Origin: the human T2T-CHM13v2.0 reference genome, Homo sapiens
DNA: 64,000 nt
Assembly (NCBI RefSeq): GCF_009914755.1
Contig: NC_060940.1
Reading direction: 5' to 3' (one strand)
Numbering within the stretch: position 1 is the stretch's first letter; each line of letters starts with the position of its first letter. The position numbers were made by a program, and so were the translations under genes. Shown here piece by piece: positions 54,891 through 64,000 of the stretch. Under the pieces are notes generated by a model. That model was not told where the DNA came from. It saw only the letters and a list, made by a program, of their open reading frames with translations, and ran no database searches.

Positions 54891-55707
54891 TTTCCATCCT
54901 GACTTTTTTAAGGTTTGTTTTTTCTAAAATACATCAAGTCACAATTATTCACTTCTAATGACTAAGACTATGAAATATCTTATTTTCCTCATTTGCCATA
55001 GCTCAGGCTTAGATGGATAGCAATAATAATAGTCTCCAAAAATAAATGTGACAAACAAGCTAAAATGTATTTTGTCTGAGAAAACCTCAGTGTCTGTAGA
55101 TATCAGATAACCCAAAGAACTTATCCTTCTTCTATTCCTTGACTACATGCCTAATATCATTTTCATCTGGGAAAATAATATTTGTGTATATATTATGCAT
55201 ATTCTTCCTCCAAACCAGGACAGCCATTCTCTCTGTTTCTTGCTCTCTCTCTCACAGGTGCGCATACGCACACACACACACAGACACATACACAACTTGT
55301 CTTGAATATGGTTGGTGTCTCCTGGAGTCCAGGATTGCAGTGATTTTGAAACAAATTGGAAAGAAAAGCTCTGTTATTAGGGAGAGAAAGAGACAACTAT
55401 TTAACAACAGTATAAAAAAGAAAAAAGCCAAGTTTACTTGAGAATATAGATGTAATTATCATGAGAAAAATAGCTAGCCAAATTTATCAGTACATTTTGA
55501 AAATAACACATATGAACAAACTAAGATGTATCCCAAGAATATAAGAATATTTAATGTTAGAAAAAATCAATATAATTAAGCAAATTACGGAATTTGAGGA
55601 AAATAATCACATGACTATCTCAATAGAAATATAAATTTTTAAATGACATTAATATTTAAGATTTCTTTTAAAATATTTTTTAAAAGGATAGAACAGAACA
55701 GCTATAA

Positions 55708-55988
<281 letters not shown>

Positions 55989-56384
55989 TAAGATACTACT
56001 TATAACAGCAAGTAAAATTTTAACACAGCAAGGATGCAAATGGCCTATAAGAAGAAAAAATAATAAAAATATTTTCAAAGGGCATAAAAGAAAACCTGAG
56101 GTCATGGAAAGACATACCATATTCATGGATGGAATGGCTTAGCAATATAAAGATGTCAAATCTCTCCACATAAATCTATATATTCAATGCAATTTCTATC
56201 AACGTCCTAGCAAATTTTTTTATTTCAGTGCTATCTAACAGAGGTAGCATTACCAATGAGTGAGGAAAGTACAGAGTATTTAGTAAATGCAGAAATTGAC
56301 TTATAAAACGGAGAAAAAGTTGGATTACAACCTCATACCATATACAAAAATATAAACACAAGATGAATTAGGTGAATTGAAGAC

Positions 56385-56386
<2 letters not shown>

Positions 56387-56431
<45 letters not shown>
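56387..56431. repeat. (TA)n microsatellite
   Basis: Seen directly. Confidence 0.95.
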
Positions 56432-56434
<3 letters not shown>

Positions 56435-57016
56435 AAACTGAAGAAATATAGTCAATAACTAAGATAAATAAATATATTTATGACCTTGGAGTAGGTAACA
56501 ATTAGTCAAAACATAAAAGAATAAATTATATGGCTAAAAAAAGGAGAGAGAGATGGGAAACTAAAAGGATATGAATAGACGTATCCCTGTAGGGGATAAA
56601 AGAATAGCTGGCATATATAGTGCTCACTAGTAATAGGATAAATGCAAATTTTAAACAGATTGTGATGGCACTTCATATTAGTACTAATCAAATTGGGGAA
56701 ATAATTAGACAATCATGTAATATTAAGTGATAGTGTGGATCATCATCCTTGGAAATGGGAACCTTCTTTCATACATTGCTGGTGGGAGTTTTACTACTGA
56801 AGTTAACCTGGAGATAAATCTGGGAGTAGTTAGTGAAATTAAATATGTGCAAATCATAGGACCCTAAGGCTTCCCCACTTCTGGGCCTCCACCGCAGAGA
56901 CATCCTCCCAAATATTCAAAGGGAGACATGAACATAGCCCTCTCTTGAAGCATTGTTTGAATTGACAGAGTTGGAAGTGCAGAGGAGCCCATCAGAGGCA
57001 AAACAAAAGGTACTTT

Positions 57017-57235
57017 AGGTTCATAGTCCCTTATCTGCAATTCTGAAATACAAAAGTCTCTGAAAATATAAATTTTTAAAGAAATTTGGCACAAAATTTT
57101 TTGGAGGCAGAACTTGACCTGAGGCTAGTTAGTCTCTTCATATCCCACATAGTATGAATATTCATACATTTTGATACAGAAATAATAATTTTTTGATTAT
57201 AGAATGCTGCCCAGACCATGCAGAATTACATCTGT
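57017..57235 (-). mobile_element. MER46C-like element
   Basis: AGGTTCATAGTCCCTTATCTGCAATTCTGAAATACAAAAGTCTCTGAAAA...TGACCTGA...TGAATATTCATACATTT, the reverse of the 47905 copy. Confidence 0.7.
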
Positions 57236-57849
57236 AGTCCAATGCCACCTAATTATAGCATGCAAAACTATACAAAATCTGTTCAAAGAAACACACGTAT
57301 CAACATTGATGTATGGAGGTATGGATTAAAAAAACCTCAATTAAATACACCAGCAAGGATGCATCTGTGGGGAGTCAGGGATTCAGAATGAAGATGGGGA
57401 AAATAGAAAGAGAATAAAATAAAATGAGGGAGACCTAGAATGTAGAGAAAGAAAATAAAACAAAGCCAATAGAGCATGATGAATCAGCATTCAGCTGAGA
57501 AAGTGTATTTCTATAGCAGTTTCTATGTGTGTCACGTGTTTTGTTTTTGCAAAAGTCTCATTTTCCAAAACAATAATAACATGAATTTTTTAAACCTCTG
57601 CACTCCCCACAGGTTGGGCACTCAATATTTGGGGCTTGAAAAATACGTATTAACTGGAAGTCTGCTATGGACAAATAGGGTTATTGAGGGAAGCCCCAAC
57701 AATAGGATGTCCAATCAGCTCCACTTTCACTGTTACCCAACCAAGAAAAGCACTGGGTTTACGAGTAGGCCCGGCTTCAACTCTCAGCTCTGTCTATTGT
57801 GAGACCCTGGGCAAATTACTTTGCTTTTCTGAGCTTCATTTCTCTTTAT

Positions 57850-58265
57850 CCGCTCCTTGCCCATTCTCTCTCCCAATTTACCCCTGTGATGAAGCCATTC
57901 TGGATTTCTTGCAGTTGACCAAAAGAACACCTCCTGACACCTCCATGTTTTTGCATATTTAGTTTTCTCTGCCTGAAATGTCCATCACCCCTCATCTGCC
58001 AGCAAAACTGACAATTACCTTTCAAACCAGTTCAAACCTCACTTGTCCTATGAAGCTTCCCTCCTCTCTGTTCCTATTGCATCTGGGATAGACCTCACTT
58101 ACAAACTTTTTCAAATATCATTTTGATTACTTAAATGCATAGTTGTTTCCCACATAAGAATATAAACATGTAAAGGCCAGGCACTATATCTTATGCATCT
58201 TTATCATCCTGAGGTCCAAAACAATACTTAGTACATAGAAGATATTCAATAAATATTGATCATCA
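57850..58265 (+). mobile_element. L2 3' fragment
   Basis: CTCCATGTTTTTGCATATTTAGTTTTCTCTGCCTGAAATG...TACATAGAAGATATTCAATAAATATTG. Confidence 0.75.
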
Positions 58266-58540
58266 TAAGTAGTTTTTTCTAACTGGGCAAGTATTGACAG
58301 TCATTTGACTTTCCAGAGCTTACTTTCTCCTGTGAAAAATGGGGCACATAATATTTCATGGTGCAGTTATGAGAATTAAATAAAAACAGAAAGACACATA
58401 CTCTCAGAGTGGGAAGTAATATCAGAGGTCATTTGTCAAATCATGCAATAGAACCAGACACTTCATAGTAGTGCGTGCCCAGCATCTCCTAAGGTAGCTC
58501 AGTTCCATTTCTGGGCAGCTCTGGCTTTTAGAAAGGAGTA

Positions 58541-58659
58541 GAAATGTGTCTGGATGAATGACACATTTCATTCAGTGATTTCTAACAGAGGTAGCATTAC
58601 CAATGAATGAAGAAAGTACAGTGCTACCTCTGTTAGATATCATACTGCTGGATGAATGA
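58541..58659. repeat. Complex inverted/direct repeat containing a copy of 56224-56274
   Basis: 16-bp perfect IR (58581-58596 / 58622-58637), 10-bp IR (58541-58550 / 58560-58569) and 12-bp direct repeat CTGGATGAATGA (58550-58561 / 58648-58659). Confidence 0.9.
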
Positions 58660-59250
58660 AGCGGGTACAGGGACACACTGGGAATGGGCTAGCTGTAATT
58701 CTCATCCTCCATCACACTATGTGTAGTCTATGCATTTACAGCAATGTTGCATTCATCTAGCACTTGGGGAAATAAGCTGATCTATAAAATATTCAGGTGT
58801 TTTTCCACTTAAATTGCGCTCTTTAATTTGTATGATTCTCATGAGAAACACTTCAAAGAATTCAACGTATTTCTCCGCCTATTGCCACAGAGGGTGTAGA
58901 TTACCCTTTAACCAGGCTATAGAAATGGACGACTACATTGATTTTTAAAATAGTGATGTTCTCAGGGCTTTTGAAGTGTGTGGAAGAAGTTGTCCTTGTA
59001 ATAAGTGACCCTAGTCTGCTCTATCTGCTATAATTGTGTCAGCTTCAAATAAGTCCTTCCTGTTCCTTTCTGAATGCTTTGCTTCTACTTTGCATAGGAA
59101 GCACCGCCCCAAAGATTGCTAGTAACATTGTAAAGAACAAATAGACCCAGTCTCTATGAGCAAAAGGGTTTTGTGCTATTCGGTGGCTAGATTCTCATTT
59201 TTTTCCAGTTGGCTGCTATGCTGGGCAGAAAGATTTACACAATACTTCAT

Positions 59251-59720
59251 TGTGATGGTATGCCCCAACCCAGATCTACCTTTGCCCTTCTTTGCCTTGT
59301 TTTTATCTTGGAATTCCTAAGATCATATAGGTTCTCCTGCCAGCTGGATTTCATTTGAGTTTGGTCAATGGGAGGCACCAGGAGGATATGGGAGAATAGG
59401 AGGAGAGGGATGTTGACATGATAATATTAACTTCTTCCCTTTTCTGGGCCATGTTCCCTGGCAAGGGCTCTATCCTCCATGACCACAGTTCCTGCCAGGT
59501 GGCCCCACTTCCAGGGCTTCAGGTCTCATTGGCTCTGTTCATACCATTCCTTCTGTTAGTCCTTTTAAGCTCTGGCATGGTAACGGCTTCCCAGTGTTGC
59601 TAGTATCTGGGTGCCTCATCATCCTTTCTTTGTTCTTTAAGTGCTACCCACATCTGTGAAGTCAGCTCTCCATTAAAGACTCTTGAACCATCTGAGTGGA
59701 TTCTGTTTTCTGCTAGCCTC
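59251..59720 (+). mobile_element. ERVL-class solo LTR
   Basis: GTTTGGTCAATGGGAGGCACCAGGAGGATATGGG...CTCTCCATTAAAGACTCTTGAACCATCTGAGTGGATTCTGTTTTCTGC. Confidence 0.6.
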
Positions 59721-60329
59721 TGGCTGAATCACTCAACCATTCAAGCATTATTTTTTGGGCATATTCTATGGGCTCAATATTGGTGACATGGTAGTGAACA
59801 AGGCAGATATGAGTCTTGCCTTTATGCAGCCTAGGTCTAGCGAAGGAAGAGAGACACTGACCCAGTAGTTGTGAGTGTGATGAGCATTTTAAGAGGGAGT
59901 GTACAGAGCTTTGGGGGTTTATAGTTGAGCAAACAGGATTCGGGTGGGCAAATGTAGTCATCTATTTATACAACCGAAATAAAGTCATTCTTCCCCAGTT
60001 TTCTCTTGCCATGGCTCTCCACAGACATAGAGTTTCCATCTTCCAGGTCAAATATTAACACAGGAAAATATTTTCCAGGACACTGTCACCTCAAGTTCCA
60101 GAGACGTGTAACCTAGGTCTTATAGGTGACAGCAAGGGAAGAGGGCAGGACACATGTGTCCTGAAGGGAGCAGGGGAGACCAAGATGAATTAAAACTAGA
60201 AAAGGCCTGAAGTTTTTCCATCCCAAATTAGATGTCATTAGGTTCTTCCAAACACTTCCTATCATTTCTCTCCTGCTCCCAAGAGAACACTCCATGTAAC
60301 ATAAAATAATAATACTAAATCTAAAGGTA

Positions 60330-61400
60330 AAAGGAAAGACATCATTACCAGATTAATACATCATGAAAAAAAATTCACATTTCTGATAGATACTTAACAA
60401 TGCATTGGTGATTAAATTAATTGTACGTGGCGAGCAGAAAGATAGCTCTTTAATGCATATTAAATATTAACAATTTGAGATAATAGGAGTCTACATGTCT
60501 CCCCTTTACAGCTTCCTTTGTCAATGAAATGTACTTTTGTGCAAAAGAAAAAGATAGTTTGGAATGTGATAGTCTTATGCAATGAGGGCTGGTGCAGTTT
60601 GCCGCAATACCAGAGCCACCGGCAATCAGCCTAATCATAAATGACCGGAACCAAATGGATTCAGGCAGCCATGCTGACTACTGAGTTAAAAAGTTTTCTG
60701 TGTCAAGAGTCTGAATGCCAACTAAATCAAAACCTTTCAAGGCAAATCAAAGGGCCAGCAGCTCTCTCCCTGCTTCTGCCAAAGGCTTTGTTTTGCCATT
60801 TCCTCCCGGTGCCGTCAGGAGGTGGCGGCTGCTGTAGTTAAGTTGGGCCCCATCTGGGGACATCCATCCATGTTCCATTATCCCCAGAAAGTCAGCCCAT
60901 CACCTTTACATTAAGAGGATTGGGGTGGTGGGGTGGGGTGGGGGCAAAAAGAAGCAAAACAAACTGATTGCCAAGCCAGCTATGATGTCAGCATGAATTA
61001 ATGTTTCCCACAGGCATGCTAATCAGCTCCATGACATAATAACGGCTTCTATTACACCGGTGGGACTTCAAAGTTATTCCAAAGATAACATAACACAACA
61101 CTTGAAGCCCCAGGAAACTTCCACCATGCTTTCAGATGTTTTATAAAGTTACCGATCTTTTCATTGCTGGGGAAACAAAAAACCTGAAAGGAAACAGAAT
61201 ATTGAATTTGGGATGAATCAGGGTTGGAAAGTGATTTCATTACAAATTCCAAATGTCCAAAGAGATAGTGGCAATTAAAAAGCTGCCAGGGGTCGCCATT
61301 TAAAAGCAGCTCTGTGGCAAGCTTTTCTCAAGCAGGCAGATGGGCATAATTTCCAGTGTGGAAAAAAATTAACATATAAGTCAGTATGGAAGGTATTGTG
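60330..61400. promoter_or_regulatory. Candidate conserved non-coding element cluster
   Basis: About 1 kb with no repeat recognised. AACAATG (60396), TGATTAAATTAATTG (60409), TAATCATAAA, GAATTAATG and retained CpGs. Function is inferred. Confidence 0.4.
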
Positions 61401-61739
61401 CCGAATAGTGAACAAATGAACTCATAAAAAGTGTGTAGGCAGGAGGGCGTGGCCATCAAGATTTGCTTCTTTCTTATGACCTGTACTAGATATTTGTCTT
61501 TGGGCCAATTATTTTACTGAGACTCAATCCCTTGTCTACAAAATGGGAATACTGATACCCTCCTCAATAGTAGAGTTGAGGGAACTAAATCAGGGAATGT
61601 ATTCACAGCACAGTGTCCAACTGGGCAGCCAGTAAACACACCTATTACTGTTATGATCATTCAATATTTGGTATTATTGGGCAAAAATATGCTATTGCTA
61701 CAAATAGTAACATTCTTCACTGCATGAGTCCATGTTGTC

Positions 61740-62417
<678 letters not shown>

Positions 62418-62469
62418 TAACCCTCTGCTGTGATGATGTTGCAGTTGGACCTACCTGGATGTGAGGACC

Positions 62470-62670
62470 AACAACTCCACTTACTCAAGATGACCTTGGG
62501 TAAGTCATGTAACCTGTGTGGGACTCAGTCTTTGATATGTGTCACAGGTATATTCATAGAACTGACCCCTCAAAATGTTGTTGCAAAGATTAAATGAGGT
62601 GATACAATACCTATAAAGCACTTAACACAGTGCTTGAAATACCTGATAAATTTACCTATGATTATTATTA
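62470..62670 (+). mobile_element. MIR SINE
   Basis: TGACCTTGGGTAAGTCATGTAACC...GATTAAATGAGGTGATAC...TAAAGCACTTAACACAGTGC. Confidence 0.75.
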
Positions 62671-63581
62671 CAAACACATTAGGCATTGAAAGAGCATCTC
62701 TCTGTCTCTGTCTCCCTCTCTCTCTCATGCACACACACAGACACACACACACACACTCACACTCACACAGAGTGCAGTGGTCATCTTAAGCATGTCCAGG
62801 ATGGTTATTTCTAGAAGCAGACTTACCAGGCTCAGCATTTGTGCCAACGAGGATTCCCTCATAGCATTTGACAGTTACTGAGAAAGGAGTGAAGATAGAC
62901 TGCCACCCTTTGTGGTCCCAAATGTCCCTCTGGCTCTCAGAGCCTCTCCATGTCCCTGTCTTGGCAGCCTCCAGCCCCCACAGTGTGGGAACGGTTCTCA
63001 GGGATGCCCCACAGGCAGGTTCCAGCAGCGAGGTACAGCCCTTGACTTGGATCCAGCCTGGAGGGTGAAACGTCCATGGCACCCAGAACTCCACAGAGAC
63101 ACTCAAGAATGGGGATGACAAAGGGGTCGTCATGTCCCCTCTGCAGCCAACTGATGCCATTTTCTGAGGGTTTCCTACCAGAGAAGGAAGCCTCAAGGTT
63201 TGTCTACTTAAACACTGCTTCTCTCAACCCATGGCTGTCAGGCCTCCATATTTGTTTGGGGAAGAGCACTGGACACCTGGCCCCTTTACTTCCCTTTACT
63301 CCTTACTTGATAAAAAGTGCAGCCCAAAGTAAACACAGCCCCATCTCCCACGGGCGTTTCCATCAGTGCTGGGGGAAGATGGTGTCTGGGCTGGATCCAG
63401 TATTTATGAAACCCGTCACGCATAGCTTCACTCTGGGCTTCCAACGGACCTATTCCATGGACATACTTGTGAAGCCAAAAATCCAGAAGTGGAGAACGGA
63501 CAAAATGGCTAAGAGATGAAGGAGAGAAGCAGGAGGCCAGATCAGAGAGCAGGAAGGACAATGGAAGAGAAAGGAAGTTAG

Positions 63582-63826
<245 letters not shown>

Positions 63827-64000
63827 AAATCAGGCATACTTCTGATAGAAAATGCTACAGTGTCTGTAACCATGGCCTTGGCTGTTACCCAGTTAGCTTA
63901 GTTTATTTGCAGCTCTTCCACTGAATGAAACCAATCACCAGCTACAATTTTGCCTCAGAATTTGCTGGTACCTTCAAGTGAAGAATCTTGACTAATTTGG

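Overview
This is primate (human-like) non-coding genomic DNA, either intergenic or deep intronic. I found no supportable protein-coding exon, RNA gene, CpG island or CRISPR array. The ORFs that resemble anything known are read-throughs of Alu, L1, THE1 or microsatellite sequence. Much of the window is recognisable transposon debris: about 17 Alu/FLAM copies, L1PA/L1PB/L1M fragments, many L2 and MIR remnants, MaLR/ERVL solo LTRs, and Tigger2a, MER2, MER46C, MER5, MER81, MER96 and MER102 DNA elements. Several repeat-poor, AT-rich islands dense in homeodomain/SOX/MEIS-type words look like conserved enhancers of a developmental-gene neighbourhood, but that is inference. The most unusual signal is a set of complex templated-insertion scars. 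These are 30-50 bp pieces copied from 2.2-2.6 kb away (10557->12790, 41835->39275, 56224->58571), often combined with snap-back inverted repeats and flanking direct repeats, plus smaller fold-backs. They resemble fossil polymerase-theta or template-switch repair events, and two of them created hairpins of pre-miRNA size. Repeat subfamily names come from recalled consensus sequences, not a search, and boundaries of old repeats are approximate.
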